64,000 bases of DNA from a virus (Duplodnaviria > Heunggongvirae > Uroviricota > Caudoviricetes), in IMG/VR virus record IMGVR_UViG_3300028585_000514. One strand, written 5' to 3'. Both the position numbers and the translations under genes were made by a program. The first letter of the stretch is position 1. The number at the start of each line of letters is the position of its first letter. The notes under the pieces are model-generated. The model was not told the origin of the DNA and did no database searches. It was given only the letters and a program-made list of their open reading frames with translations. Positions 28,948 through 38,718 of this stretch are shown piece by piece.

Positions 28948-30422
28948 CCCATCATGAATGAGTAGTTACCGAATGTTGCACCACCGTTACCAACTTCGAA
29001 GTCCATGATTTGGCGTAGCAATTCCGTTTGGTCCTCACGAGCTTCAGCTAGAAGTTCAGAGCCATTTAGTGATACGCCACCACCAGCACCCGGCAATGAT
29101 TGATATTTAGCGCGAATGTGTCCAAGCATCATCTTGACTTCGGATGAAGCCCAACCTTGTAGCCACTGAGTTGCATAACGATCGACTAGCAATTCTTGTT
29201 CAGTACGTTCGCCGACGCATTCGATTAGTAGACGTTCATCAGCTTGTAGGCGACGCAGTAGTTGCATTTGGCGTGAAGCTTCATTCCAACGGAAGCCAAT
29301 CTCACCAGCGAAGATTTGTGAGAACTGTTCCGCATATGCGTTGACCAAGTGGATCGATGTTAGATCGACAACGCCAGGTGCATACATTTGCTGCAAGAAT
29401 GATTGGCCGTAAATGCCATCTTGACCAGCAGCGATTAGGCCTAGACCAGAGACACGGTGAACCTTGATGATGTCGACGATACGATTGGTGCCAGTGACTG
29501 GATCATTTAGGTAGTAAATGTCTTGATGCTTCTTTGCTGGGATCGTGAAGTAACGAAGGTTATATGCGTTGTCGCAACGGCGACGGAACTCTTCAAGAGC
29601 ATTGTCGATAGCAAGTTGGAAGCTGCCTTCATCCAGCTCGACGCACAGAGTTGGCCAACCCATTTGGCGCTTGACGTTATTGATCAGCTTAGCACGTTCA
29701 TCGCTCGAGCCATCGGTGCCGGCTGGCTTTTGGGTTAGTGGCAGACCTTCGTTTGCGGTGTTCGCTTGATTGAACTTGGTGCCATCGAAGCAGTAAAGCT
29801 TTTCGGTGATCTTGTTGTAGAAGAATTGGCCGACCTGTGCGTTCTTTGGTTCTTCATTTGCAACGATGGTAGTACCGACGCCAGCCGGAACCCATGTGCC
29901 ACCGGCCCACATCGTTACCTTACCGGTCTGGGTGTTGTAGTACACCTGACCCATGGTTGGATTTAGAGGCGGCAGGGAAGCGGACGGGATGTCGCCTGAG
30001 AAGGTGCTAGTAGTCTGCTTCTGAATGAAGCTAGGGCGGCCATTAGTGAAGTACTGGAGTGTATTCGTAACAGCATGTCCCAACGCAAAGTAGACATCGT
30101 CCGGGTCAAGGTTGATGACGTTGACCGAGTTGGTGATCTTGTCGCCGTAGAGAGCACAGACAACAGGCGCATTGCCGATCGAATCATTAAGAGCTACAAG
30201 ATTTTGGGATGCAGTGTATCGCTTTCCGTCTACCGGAAAGTTTGATGGTGTTTGTGCTGAAGTCTTTAGGGTGGCGACGAAGCCGTCGTACCAGTACAAG
30301 TCTTTTGGGAGATTCCAGCTGATGGTGCCGGTGGTAGGAGAAGTTCTAGTGAATGTAACTAGAATGTCTGAACCTTCGATGTTTAGCGAATCTTCGTCCG
30401 CATTCTTTTCTGGATCGATCAT
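28944..30422 (-). CDS. neck protein (gp13-like) with N-terminal extension
   Basis: QMGWPTLCVELD, IRAKYQSLPGAGGGVSLNGSEL, C-terminal FMMG. Confidence 0.8.
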   Translation of the reverse strand: MIDPEKNADEDSLNIEGSDILVTFTRTSPTTGTISWNLPKDLYWYDGFVATLKTSAQTPSNFPVDGKRYTASQNLVALNDSIGNAPVVCALYGDKITNSVNVINLDPDDVYFALGHAVTNTLQYFTNGRPSFIQKQTTSTFSGDIPSASLPPLNPTMGQVYYNTQTGKVTMWAGGTWVPAGVGTTIVANEEPKNAQVGQFFYNKITEKLYCFDGTKFNQANTANEGLPLTQKPAGTDGSSDERAKLINNVKRQMGWPTLCVELDEGSFQLAIDNALEEFRRRCDNAYNLRYFTIPAKKHQDIYYLNDPVTGTNRIVDIIKVHRVSGLGLIAAGQDGIYGQSFLQQMYAPGVVDLTSIHLVNAYAEQFSQIFAGEIGFRWNEASRQMQLLRRLQADERLLIECVGERTEQELLVDRYATQWLQGWASSEVKMMLGHIRAKYQSLPGAGGGVSLNGSELLAEAREDQTELLRQIMDFEVGNGGATFGNYSFMMG

Positions 30423-30452
30423 ATGTTCCTTCTTTCGGTTTTAAGTCGTTGG

Positions 30453-30467
30453 ATAAATAATATTTAT
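30453..30467. promoter_or_regulatory. adjacent ATAAATA late promoter motifs on both strands (ATAAATA-A-TATTTAT)
   Basis: Palindromic GATAAATAATATTTATC between divergent genes. Confidence 0.65.
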
Positions 30468-30505
30468 CGACAACATACTTAAACGGCGAGAGCCATGGAG
30501 ACAAT

Positions 30506-31144
30506 ATGAAACTAGAACTAATGATAGAGCTTCTAAGCGAAGCCGCGCAAGAAGCACGCTCGTTTGACATCCAAGAAATCGTCAAGACCTTCAAAAACAA
30601 GGCTGACATCGAGAAACACCTACGTAAGCTATGGGGCAGCAAGCACCTAACCTTCCGTGGTCAACCATTCTTCGCGAATGATCAAGACGGCGCAGTGATC
30701 AAAGGCGCTAAGAAAGCAGTCGATCGCGAACTCAAAGGTACGATTGACATCGACCTAGAATATAAGTCTGAGCAAGACGTTTTCGACATCACGGTTGATG
30801 AGGTCAAACTAGTTTACATGGGTTACTCACAGAGCAACGATATGCTTTACCTGGGCTACGACGTCTGGATGAATGGTGAAGAAATCGAAAATGCTTTTGA
30901 CAAGCTTTACGAGAAAGAGACTGGCGAAGAGTTCAACATCGACGATCCAGAAATGGAAAAGGAATTTATGGCTTGGCGCAAGAAGTACGATGCATTCTTC
31001 GGCGCTCTAGTTGAAGTTCGTTCGGATGATGGTAAGAGATTTGAGGCCGACCTACTACACGCAGACGCTGGTGGATTCTACAAAGGTATCGCCAAAGGAT
31101 ACCAGTACAAGTCGATGAAGCTGATCGACCTAATGAATTCCTAA
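30506..31144 (+). CDS. acidic hypothetical, candidate internal head protein
   Basis: Late promoter; MKLELMIELLSEA N-terminus. Confidence 0.75.
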   Translation: MKLELMIELLSEAAQEARSFDIQEIVKTFKNKADIEKHLRKLWGSKHLTFRGQPFFANDQDGAVIKGAKKAVDRELKGTIDIDLEYKSEQDVFDITVDEVKLVYMGYSQSNDMLYLGYDVWMNGEEIENAFDKLYEKETGEEFNIDDPEMEKEFMAWRKKYDAFFGALVEVRSDDGKRFEADLLHADAGGFYKGIAKGYQYKSMKLIDLMNS

Positions 31145-31158
31145 TTCTTAGGAGAAAC

Positions 31159-31190
31159 AAAAATGGGACCCACTGGGTCCCATTTCTTTT
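31159..31190. terminator. bidirectional terminator
   Basis: AAATGGGACCC-ACT-GGGTCCCATTT. Confidence 0.75.
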
Positions 31191-31206
31191 TGTCGGACGA
31201 CTTGGC

Positions 31207-31869
31207 TTATGCTGCTGCCGACGCTTCCGGTGCGTTGGCTGGCTGGGTCGCTTCTGGTGCTGCCACCAGACCGAAGCCGTTCGGGAAGTGCTTGGCGATT
31301 TCCGGCTTCATCGGGGTGCCGTCCTTCGGCTGGAACTGGAAGGTCTTGGCATCCTTGTCCTTGACCAGGTTCATGACGAAGCGGTCGTTCTGGGCGCGGA
31401 GGATCGAGATGTACTGGTGGGCGATCTTCTCGGTCACGTTGCACTTCTCCATCAGTTCCTTGACGGTGTAGATTTTGAAGGCGGAGCCGTCTTCGGTCTT
31501 CTCGAGGAAGGCACGCTTCATTTTCTGCAGAGCCGAGTCGCGCTCTTTACGCGGTGCCGGGTCCTTCTTGGCAGCTTCGGCGAGCTTGGCCTGTTCGGTT
31601 TCGTCGAGCTGGACCAGCTTGGTCACGTCCATGGCTTCCAGGGCGGCCATCACCTTTTCGATGGCTTTGTCCTTGGCGATCGAGAACTTCTTGTTCTCCT
31701 TGCCGGTCGCGTTGTTGTAGATCGTGGTGAGTTGCGCCAGGCTCAGCGCTTCCATGTCCTTGCCGGTCTTGACGGCGATCGCATCATTCAGCTGGATGTT
31801 CTTCACGTTGGCGACGATGCCGCTGATCGAACCGGTTGCCGAGATGATGAAGGTGGTTGCTTTAGCCAT
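31207..31869 (-). CDS. early protein with possible winged-helix domain
   Basis: YTVKELMEKCNVTEKIAHQYISILR HTH-like segment; AGGAG RBS; GC-rich codons. Confidence 0.75.
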   Translation of the reverse strand: MAKATTFIISATGSISGIVANVKNIQLNDAIAVKTGKDMEALSLAQLTTIYNNATGKENKKFSIAKDKAIEKVMAALEAMDVTKLVQLDETEQAKLAEAAKKDPAPRKERDSALQKMKRAFLEKTEDGSAFKIYTVKELMEKCNVTEKIAHQYISILRAQNDRFVMNLVKDKDAKTFQFQPKDGTPMKPEIAKHFPNGFGLVAAPEATQPANAPEASAAA

Positions 31870-31934
31870 GGTGAAACTCCTTAAAAAGATTTAGATTTGG
31901 ATTCGAACTTGTTTTTGTTTCAGATCATGTTGTT

Positions 31935-31963
31935 ATAGTACCATGACCTTTTTAGCTTGTACA
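31935..31963 (-). promoter_or_regulatory. early promoter TGTACA-N17-TACTAT
   Basis: Same architecture as other early promoters. Confidence 0.7.
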
Positions 31964-32041
31964 CTGCTTTTTGAAACTTTTCTCACCGCACTTTTTTGAT
32001 ACAGGTTGAAGTCATCCCCAACCCATATCTTTACGCATTAC

Positions 32042-32401
32042 TTAGCTCGTGACTTTCAGCTGGTCCAGGGTTTTGCCATCGGCCAGGGCAGCGTTCACCC
32101 ATTTCGGGCGAGCACCGCGGCCGGTCCAGGTTTGGGTTGCGTCGGTTGGGTTGCGGAACTTGACTTCGGCCGCTGCACGGGATTGGGTCACCGCCTTGGT
32201 GCCGAGGATTTCGGAGAGTGGCAGGCCGATGCGGTTCGCGATTTCACGGATTTGTTCACGGGCCTGGTTCACTTCACGAACTTCGGCTTGGGTGATGCGC
32301 TGGTCGATCATCATGCGGAGTTGCTTCAGATCGGACGAATTCAGCGCCAGGGTGTCGAGGTTGGAAGCCAGTTGTGCTACCGCTTGCGACGTTTGTGTCA
32401 T
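32042..32401 (-). CDS. hns: H-NS family nucleoid-associated protein
   Basis: KFRNPTDATQTWTGRGARPKWV signature; N-terminal oligomerisation helix; AGGAG RBS before ATG 32401. Confidence 0.9.
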   Translation of the reverse strand: MTQTSQAVAQLASNLDTLALNSSDLKQLRMMIDQRITQAEVREVNQAREQIREIANRIGLPLSEILGTKAVTQSRAAAEVKFRNPTDATQTWTGRGARPKWVNAALADGKTLDQLKVTS

Positions 32402-32446
32402 TTCGCTTCTCCTATTAGATTCATCATTTGGTTCGACGTTCATGTT

Positions 32447-32487
32447 GTCGATGTAGCTATATTATCCAGTCGTTTTCATTCTGTACA
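32447..32487 (-). promoter_or_regulatory. early promoter TGTACA-N17-TAATAT-AGCTACATCGAC
   Basis: Matches repeated early promoter including downstream CTACATCG. Confidence 0.75.
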
Positions 32488-32498
32488 CTGGAAAATGC

Positions 32499-32530
32499 AA
32501 AAGGCCCTTAAATTTCTTTAAGGGCCTTTC
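32499..32530 (-). terminator. intrinsic terminator
   Basis: AAAGGCCCTTAAA/TTTAAGGGCCTTT inverted repeat. Confidence 0.7.
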
Positions 32531-32550
32531 TTGTATCTATATAGACACAA

Positions 32551-32748
32551 TTAGTACAGAGTGTCTTCTTTCAGGTTCGACTGGTCGTAGGCGATCATCA
32601 TCAGAAGGATCGGCCAGATCAGGACAACAGCGAAGTTGTCTTCACAGTCACGAGCCAGCTTACAATGCTTGACCCGCTTGAAGATGCGCATCACTCCATA
32701 GCCAAGTGACGCATGCATGAATGCCCAAAGGACTAGAAACAGTTCCAT
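32551..32748 (-). CDS. small membrane protein
   Basis: MELFLVLWAFMH..., two hydrophobic segments. Confidence 0.6.
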   Translation of the reverse strand: MELFLVLWAFMHASLGYGVMRIFKRVKHCKLARDCEDNFAVVLIWPILLMMIAYDQSNLKEDTLY

Positions 32749-32749
32749 A

Positions 32750-33808
32750 TTAACCTTGATTGTTGTATTTCTCGATATACCACTTACGAGCTTTGTTGGC
32801 GATAGGACCACCAAGCTTCTTCGGGTCCAGTTGGTTTGCCACGATGGTATCGGTCTCTTCTTTCACCACGTCATTGAAGACCCAGCGAATGAAGTCACCC
32901 ATCGAAGTCATATCGAATGGCTTCAGCTGTTCATTGACCAAGTTCTGGAGACCTTGTTCCAGGCGAGCTTCGGTCACTGCCATCTCGACAAAGTCTTCCA
33001 TCTGCTTGATGGCTTCGACATCGACTGCCGCCAGGACCTTGACCTTCGAAGCCGAGTGTTTCTCACCCTTGACCTTGAACCAGTAGGTCGACTTGCGCCA
33101 GCCTTCTTCTTGACACGACCAAACGATGCCTTCGCCGACACCTTCCTTACCGAAGTACTTACCAGCTGGGCAGGCTTCTTCGACCTTCATGGTCATCTCG
33201 ATCAGCCGGTTCTGGACTTCATGTGGCTTGGCAAAGTCGATTTCAGCTTCGAATGAACCAAACTCGAGCACATTGTAAATGTGATCTTCATGGGACACGA
33301 TGTCCTTGACGGTTTCCAGGTCGATCCACATTGCGCCGTTGCCATCTTCATCTTCGCTACCGAAAATGAACTTGACAGCAAAGATCACAAACATCTTTGG
33401 AAGACCAGAGATGGCGATACCTTTCTGGATGTTGCTGCCGCACCATTCACCGAAGATCACGACCTTGGTCGGCTCGGTTTCCAGGTTGGAGCGAACGACC
33501 ATGTGATCAGCCATATGCCACAACGCTTCTTTCTTGCTCTCCATATAGAGAGCGAAGCCGGCATTGTCCGAGGTAATCGTCAGTTCACGTTCACGAGATT
33601 GGAACGACAGTTCGCGAGATTCACGATCGACGACGATACCCGAGTTGGTGCCGTGAAGCTTAACCGTACCACGAAACTTCAGCTTCGGTAGAACGGCATC
33701 GCGATTGAAGACCGGTTCGCCAGCCGCATCACGACCGGCCCACTGAGCGCGGTGAGTAACGTTCTTAATGACGTTACGGAATTGTTCAATAGAAGGGAAA
33801 CGAATCAT
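32750..33808 (-). CDS. RNA ligase, Rnl2-like
   Basis: Motif I KLHGTN, FGEWCG, FAV, GEGIVW, FKVK. Confidence 0.9.
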   Translation of the reverse strand: MIRFPSIEQFRNVIKNVTHRAQWAGRDAAGEPVFNRDAVLPKLKFRGTVKLHGTNSGIVVDRESRELSFQSRERELTITSDNAGFALYMESKKEALWHMADHMVVRSNLETEPTKVVIFGEWCGSNIQKGIAISGLPKMFVIFAVKFIFGSEDEDGNGAMWIDLETVKDIVSHEDHIYNVLEFGSFEAEIDFAKPHEVQNRLIEMTMKVEEACPAGKYFGKEGVGEGIVWSCQEEGWRKSTYWFKVKGEKHSASKVKVLAAVDVEAIKQMEDFVEMAVTEARLEQGLQNLVNEQLKPFDMTSMGDFIRWVFNDVVKEETDTIVANQLDPKKLGGPIANKARKWYIEKYNNQG

Positions 33809-33879
33809 ATTATTCTTCTTTCTTGTTGTTTGTGCCCCGAAAACGTACCGAGCGCATAGGACACTCGGTACGTGGGGTA

Positions 33880-34113
33880 TTACTTGGGTGCGTTGTGCTG
33901 AGCTTCTTTCGCAGCGAGGATCAAAGCAGTGCCGAGGGCAATCGCAATATCGGGGTCGATGGTGATATCGATTTTGCCCCAGTATTCTTCACTTTGGCGA
34001 TCCGACGTATGGACTCGAACCAAGTCAAGTCCATCGGCATCAGGTCCTACCTCGAGCGATACGCCTTCACCATCCAGCCAAACTTTGCGAATGACATCAG
34101 TGGTAACGGTCAT
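33880..34113 (-). CDS. hypothetical protein
   Basis: Operon-like spacing. Confidence 0.65.
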   Translation of the reverse strand: MTVTTDVIRKVWLDGEGVSLEVGPDADGLDLVRVHTSDRQSEEYWGKIDITIDPDIAIALGTALILAAKEAQHNAPK

Positions 34114-34115
34114 GA

Positions 34116-34355
34116 TTACTTGAAGTAGTCAGTCAGGAAATCGATTTCCAGCTGGATGCGAGCTTGTGCGGTGTTCATACCGGCGCGCTCGAATTCGGAA
34201 TCGGTTTCGAGGATCGCTTCGGACGAGATGTCGTCATTGCTGACACCTTGCTTACCGAGACGAAGCACGTTGCGGTCGAAGGCGAATTGGTACGCCTGTT
34301 CCAGGTAGTCCAGCTGTTCTTTCAGTTGTGCCAGACGTTCATGCGAGATCAACAT
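34116..34355 (-). CDS. hypothetical protein
   Basis: AGGA RBS, operon-like spacing. Confidence 0.65.
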   Translation of the reverse strand: MLISHERLAQLKEQLDYLEQAYQFAFDRNVLRLGKQGVSNDDISSEAILETDSEFERAGMNTAQARIQLEIDFLTDYFK

Positions 34356-34366
34356 AGGGATTCCTA

Positions 34367-35140
34367 TTATTCGAGTGAGTACATCAGATCATTGATGTAG
34401 CCACGGTTTTTGGAGAAGATTGGGATGTCAGTGTCGACAACGAATCGGCCGTTAGCGAACGGGTTCGGCTCATTGTTAACGATTTTCTTCATGCTCTCTT
34501 CATTGATGTCCAGACGAACACAGGTACCACGCTTGGCCCACGTTTCGAAGTCGTTCCAGTTGACGTCCTTTTGGGTGATCAACATGTTCTGTACTTCGTC
34601 AGTGTTCTTGCCATTCAGCTGCTTTTGACTGAAGTGCGCTTGACCAACACCATTGATGCTGTTCCGAGTTGCGTCTTGCTGGCGCCAGATGAAGTAGTTA
34701 CAGACTTCCTCTCGCGGCACGTTGTAGGCACGGCTGTCGAAGATGCCGAAACGCCCACGACGGAGTTCTTTCGGAATGTACTGTGGCGCTAGATCGTTGA
34801 AGATGGATGAAACAAGTGACGCGGAAGTCGACACGATCTTTTGTACCTCGCCATCGAACCAAGCTTGCGTTTTAAACTTGGTCCAATCTTTTAGCATAAG
34901 GCTGATTTCATCGGACTGGGTGTAACCCAAGACGACGGTGTCGATTTCCTCGCACAAATATTTGGTGGACTCAACCATGCAATCGTGCAATGGTTTATAG
35001 AAGGGCCGAGGCATCTTCGACGTGTAGGTATGGAACGCTTTACCGTCCAGTCGAATGATTACGGGAGTACGCCTCAGCAACTGGTTACGAGACACCTGTT
35101 CGTAACCCTTCATGCGGTCGCCCATCGAGGATTTTTCCAT
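34367..35140 (-). CDS. tRNA(His) guanylyltransferase Thg1-like (3'-5' polymerase)
   Basis: IIRLDGKAFHTYT, YTQSDEIS, FDSR, YFIWRQQDATRNS. Confidence 0.93.
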   Translation of the reverse strand: MEKSSMGDRMKGYEQVSRNQLLRRTPVIIRLDGKAFHTYTSKMPRPFYKPLHDCMVESTKYLCEEIDTVVLGYTQSDEISLMLKDWTKFKTQAWFDGEVQKIVSTSASLVSSIFNDLAPQYIPKELRRGRFGIFDSRAYNVPREEVCNYFIWRQQDATRNSINGVGQAHFSQKQLNGKNTDEVQNMLITQKDVNWNDFETWAKRGTCVRLDINEESMKKIVNNEPNPFANGRFVVDTDIPIFSKNRGYINDLMYSLE

Positions 35141-35189
35141 ATTATTTTTGTTATGCGGTTATTATTGTTTTGGGTACTACTGGTGCTGC

Positions 35190-35762
35190 TTACACTGCTT
35201 TGGCGAACTTCGCTTTCAGCTGGTTGATCAGCTCGACCGAACCGAAGTGGAACATGGCACGAGCATTGGTGTTGAGGTCGGACATCGAGTCCTTGGTCTT
35301 GCCGATTTGCTGAGTGGTGCTCAGGCGGGTCAGAGCATTGTCGAAAGCGTATTTGTGACCAGACATTTTGGGCTGCATTGCCACGAAAATATCGAACGCT
35401 TGCTTACTGGTGACTGGATGTTTCAGGCCGTCGAACATGGCCAGGATTGCTGCGTCGATGCCGCTGATCGGAGTCTTGCGACCGTGTTCGTAGTCACGAA
35501 CCGCTTTGCCGAAGGAATCGATGGTCGACGAACGAGTCGACGGCATCGGGACCTTGCCCATCGTGTAGTACTTTTCGATACCCAGGCGTTGGAGCTTGAA
35601 GTAGTTCTTGCTCAGGCCGGTGCTCAGCGCCAGTTGAACATTGGTCCGCGTCATATGCGGATTGTTCAGCATGACATGATCCATCAGCGCGTTGTATTCG
35701 ATCGGCTTGGATTGGCTGTTGATGGCTGCAGCGAGGGCGGCCGACGGTTTGGTGTTCGACAT
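35190..35762 (-). CDS. basic putative DNA-binding protein (tandem winged-helix-like)
   Basis: Helical repeats similar to 35827-36291 (FDNALTRL vs IDSTLFRM). Confidence 0.6.
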   Translation of the reverse strand: MSNTKPSAALAAAINSQSKPIEYNALMDHVMLNNPHMTRTNVQLALSTGLSKNYFKLQRLGIEKYYTMGKVPMPSTRSSTIDSFGKAVRDYEHGRKTPISGIDAAILAMFDGLKHPVTSKQAFDIFVAMQPKMSGHKYAFDNALTRLSTTQQIGKTKDSMSDLNTNARAMFHFGSVELINQLKAKFAKAV

Positions 35763-35826
35763 GAGAGTATTATTTTGTAGGAGTGTACAAAAAGAAGGTA
35801 TCAAAATAATACCTTCCGGGTGGTGA

Positions 35827-36291
35827 TTACTTGGCTTTCTTGGCGCCGCCGTAGACGAACTTGGAAGCGTTGCTGGTCACGTTGCTGTCGGTCATCGGAG
35901 TCTTCGACTTGACGATTTCGCCACGGGCGGCCATGCGGAACAGGGTCGAATCGATGGTCGAGCGAGTTGCACCTGGCAGGACGCTACGGACGACCGTTGC
36001 GATTTCCTGGCTGTCCAGCTTGTCGGTGGTGTTCAGCGATTCCAGCAGGACCTTACGGACCGATGGTGCTTTCTCGACCGAGTACACGAACTTCGACTTG
36101 CCCATGGTGCCGAGGGTCGGCTTCTTCTGGATCACGCCTTGCTTCGAGGCTTGGGTCAGGGTTGCATCGATCGAGGTGAACGAGGTCGATGGACGCTTCT
36201 TCATCACGGCTTGTGCGATTTGCGAGTTGACCATGCCGGTCTTGGATTTCGTCAAGACGTCGACGATCAGTTGCTTCAGGGTGGTACGCAT
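35827..36291 (-). CDS. basic protein with two winged-helix-like repeats
   Basis: Internal repeat SQIAQAV..SIDATL..KFVY / SQEIATVV..TIDSTL..KFVY. Confidence 0.7.
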   Translation of the reverse strand: MRTTLKQLIVDVLTKSKTGMVNSQIAQAVMKKRPSTSFTSIDATLTQASKQGVIQKKPTLGTMGKSKFVYSVEKAPSVRKVLLESLNTTDKLDSQEIATVVRSVLPGATRSTIDSTLFRMAARGEIVKSKTPMTDSNVTSNASKFVYGGAKKAK

Positions 36292-36433
36292 GTAAAGTTC
36301 CTAAAATATTATTTTTGGATGATGTTTCGGTTTAATCGACTCAGCAGTGTGTTCGTCGATAGGTTGAATCATACCGTGTGGAAATATTATAGTGAGCTTT
36401 TTGCAGCTGGAAGGTTTTGTGGTCGTAAAAACA

Positions 36434-36463
36434 AAAATGGAGAACCGAAGTTCTCCATGTTTC
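36434..36463 (-). terminator. intrinsic terminator, cUUCGg loop
   Basis: ATGGAGAAC-TTCG-GTTCTCCAT-TTTT on minus strand. Confidence 0.8.
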
Positions 36464-36486
36464 TTTACGAATTAACGTATGTGATG

Positions 36487-37182
36487 TTACTCTGCTTTCG
36501 GATCAGCTTTCACTGCCTTTAGTAGAGCTTCAATCGCTTTGTCCGACTTCTGATTTGCTTTGAAGTACTTAGCAAAGATAGTGCGGAAACGATTAGCAAT
36601 GCCTTTAAGGACTTTCTCGATGTTCTTGACGACACCTTCCTTAAGTTCACGTTTCTTAGCGTTGGTCACCTGTTTTGGTAGGCGATCAAAGCCAGCACGT
36701 GCTGCAGTTTCAATCTTGGTCATTAGCTCGTCACCAGTCGCATCCTTTAGATCGATCATGAATTTCTCAAGTTCAGGATCAACAACAGCTAGAACATCCT
36801 TGATCGCGCCTGGCGAGGTCACGCTCTTGATGAAAGTTTCTAGGACTTGTTTCTGAGCTTCATTCACCATCTTAAGAGCATAGTCAACAGCCTCTTTGTA
36901 TTTGACAGTGGTGTTACCCTTTTTCTGGGTGTACTGGATGATAGCGCCATCAACGACGGCTTTCTTTTCTGCTTGTTCCTTAATCACTTCTTCGAAATTA
37001 GTTTCGAGTTCAGAGATGCGACCGCTGACGGCCTTAGAAATCTTTTCGATAACGGCGAGCTTCTTCTTAAGCTCTTTCCATTCGGCGACTTGTTGCTTGA
37101 TTGATTCGTCCTCTGGAGACTTAGCTTCATTGATTACCTGGTCAACCAGCTTAGCTTCAAATTCTTTGATCATGTTTAACAT
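36487..37182 (-). CDS. helical late protein, candidate internal head protein
   Basis: ATAAATA upstream (37213-37219), AGGAG RBS, INE-A and LKE-G gp21-like sites. Confidence 0.75.
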   Translation of the reverse strand: MLNMIKEFEAKLVDQVINEAKSPEDESIKQQVAEWKELKKKLAVIEKISKAVSGRISELETNFEEVIKEQAEKKAVVDGAIIQYTQKKGNTTVKYKEAVDYALKMVNEAQKQVLETFIKSVTSPGAIKDVLAVVDPELEKFMIDLKDATGDELMTKIETAARAGFDRLPKQVTNAKKRELKEGVVKNIEKVLKGIANRFRTIFAKYFKANQKSDKAIEALLKAVKADPKAE

Positions 37183-37289
37183 ATGTATACTCCTTTGGGT
37201 ATTGGTACACTATATTTATCAGTTCGCCGTATTGTTCTCCTCTTTTGTTGCTTCTGGAATAAATATTAGATGTAACCAAGGAGTAAATC

Positions 37290-38684
37290 ATGCCTCTAAT
37301 CTTCACGCAACCATATTTCTATACAACGATTTCCAATCCTCTCGCCGGAAATCCAGTCAATACTAAATACACAAACGTTTCTCTACTGATGCACTTTGAT
37401 GGTTCCGGGGTCGACTCCTCAATTTTCAATAACACTAGCTTCAGTAAGACTGGCGGTGTATCTTTCTCTACAACAAATACCAAGTTCGGTACAGCAAGTG
37501 TGTACTTCAACGGTCTAGGTGATTACGCGCAATTGACAAACTCACCGCAATACTCCTTCGGTACTGACGACTTTACTATCGAAGCTTGGCTTTATCCGGA
37601 ATCTCTTGTTGGCACCAACGGCGGATCAACGATCGTTGCTGGCTTGAGTACTAATGGCGATGGCGGTGGATATAACCGATGGTCCTTCACCATCAATTCT
37701 GATGGTTCGCTATCGTTCAACGGCGGTGAATCCGCTGGCGCCGCTAATACGTTCTCAGTGAGAACAGAGGGCGGCGTTATAGGCGTCAATAAGTGGCAGC
37801 ACGTTGCAGTGTCTCGCTCAAACGGCGTTATGCAATTCTTTGTGGATGGTGTCACCAAGCCAGGCGTCACCAAGTCGGGAATGCCAGAATCTGTAGCAGT
37901 CACCTCAAACGGTCCGCTTCGCTTAGGTCGCCTATTCAGCGGCAGCTCCTGGACTCTTCTCTACAAGGGCTACATGGATGAGGTTCGTATCACTAAAGGT
38001 GCTGCACGATACACAACCGATTTCAATGTCCCGTCTGAGCCTTTCGCTGACGAACCAACTGCGCTGTTGCTGCACATGGATGGTGTGTCTGGCACAAACA
38101 AATTTGTTGATGAACGCAATGCGGCTCTTATCGTAACTGCCGGCCCAACCATCTCGAATGCGGCTTCCAAGTTTGGAGGCACTAGTGCTTACTTCAACGG
38201 TAACGGCGGATATATTGCCACTCCAGCGTCAACCATTTATGGCTTGGGCACCGGCGATTTCACAATGGAGCTTTGGGTTAATACTGCAAGGGTCGATGCA
38301 ACGTATCAAGGCTTAATTGATACTAGACCATCAGGTCAAGCGTCCGCAGCAAAGCCGCAACTTATTATCAGTGCGGACACCATTGGCTTCTGGGTTGGTA
38401 CAACGAAGAGATTGTCGACGACTAGAATCCAAGTCAATACTTGGCATCACGTTGCTGTCGTGCGAAAAGCTAGCGTAACAAGCATGTTCCTAGATGGTGT
38501 CTTAACCGGAAGCATCGCAGACACGACGGATTACGGTTCATCGAATGATGTTGTCATGGGTGTTCTTGGTGATAACAGAACCTATTCTCCTGGATACTTC
38601 CGCGGATATATGGATGAGGTCCGCATAGTAAAAGGCGTAGCCATGTACAATGGCAACTTCACTCCTTCAGCATCTCCGTTCTAA
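37290..38684 (+). CDS. virion protein with two LamG/concanavalin-A-like lectin domains
   Basis: Repeated LLMHFDG..KFG..FTIEAW..WQHVAV.R..GYMDEVRI; late promoter at 37259. Confidence 0.88.
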   Translation: MPLIFTQPYFYTTISNPLAGNPVNTKYTNVSLLMHFDGSGVDSSIFNNTSFSKTGGVSFSTTNTKFGTASVYFNGLGDYAQLTNSPQYSFGTDDFTIEAWLYPESLVGTNGGSTIVAGLSTNGDGGGYNRWSFTINSDGSLSFNGGESAGAANTFSVRTEGGVIGVNKWQHVAVSRSNGVMQFFVDGVTKPGVTKSGMPESVAVTSNGPLRLGRLFSGSSWTLLYKGYMDEVRITKGAARYTTDFNVPSEPFADEPTALLLHMDGVSGTNKFVDERNAALIVTAGPTISNAASKFGGTSAYFNGNGGYIATPASTIYGLGTGDFTMELWVNTARVDATYQGLIDTRPSGQASAAKPQLIISADTIGFWVGTTKRLSTTRIQVNTWHHVAVVRKASVTSMFLDGVLTGSIADTTDYGSSNDVVMGVLGDNRTYSPGYFRGYMDEVRIVKGVAMYNGNFTPSASPF

Positions 38685-38688
38685 TCTA

Positions 38689-38711
38689 AGGCTCCTTCGG
38701 GAGCCTTTTTT
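38689..38711 (+). terminator. intrinsic terminator, cUUCGg loop
   Basis: AGGCTCC-TTCG-GGAGCCT-TTTT. Confidence 0.85.
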
Positions 38712-38718
38712 GTGGCCT

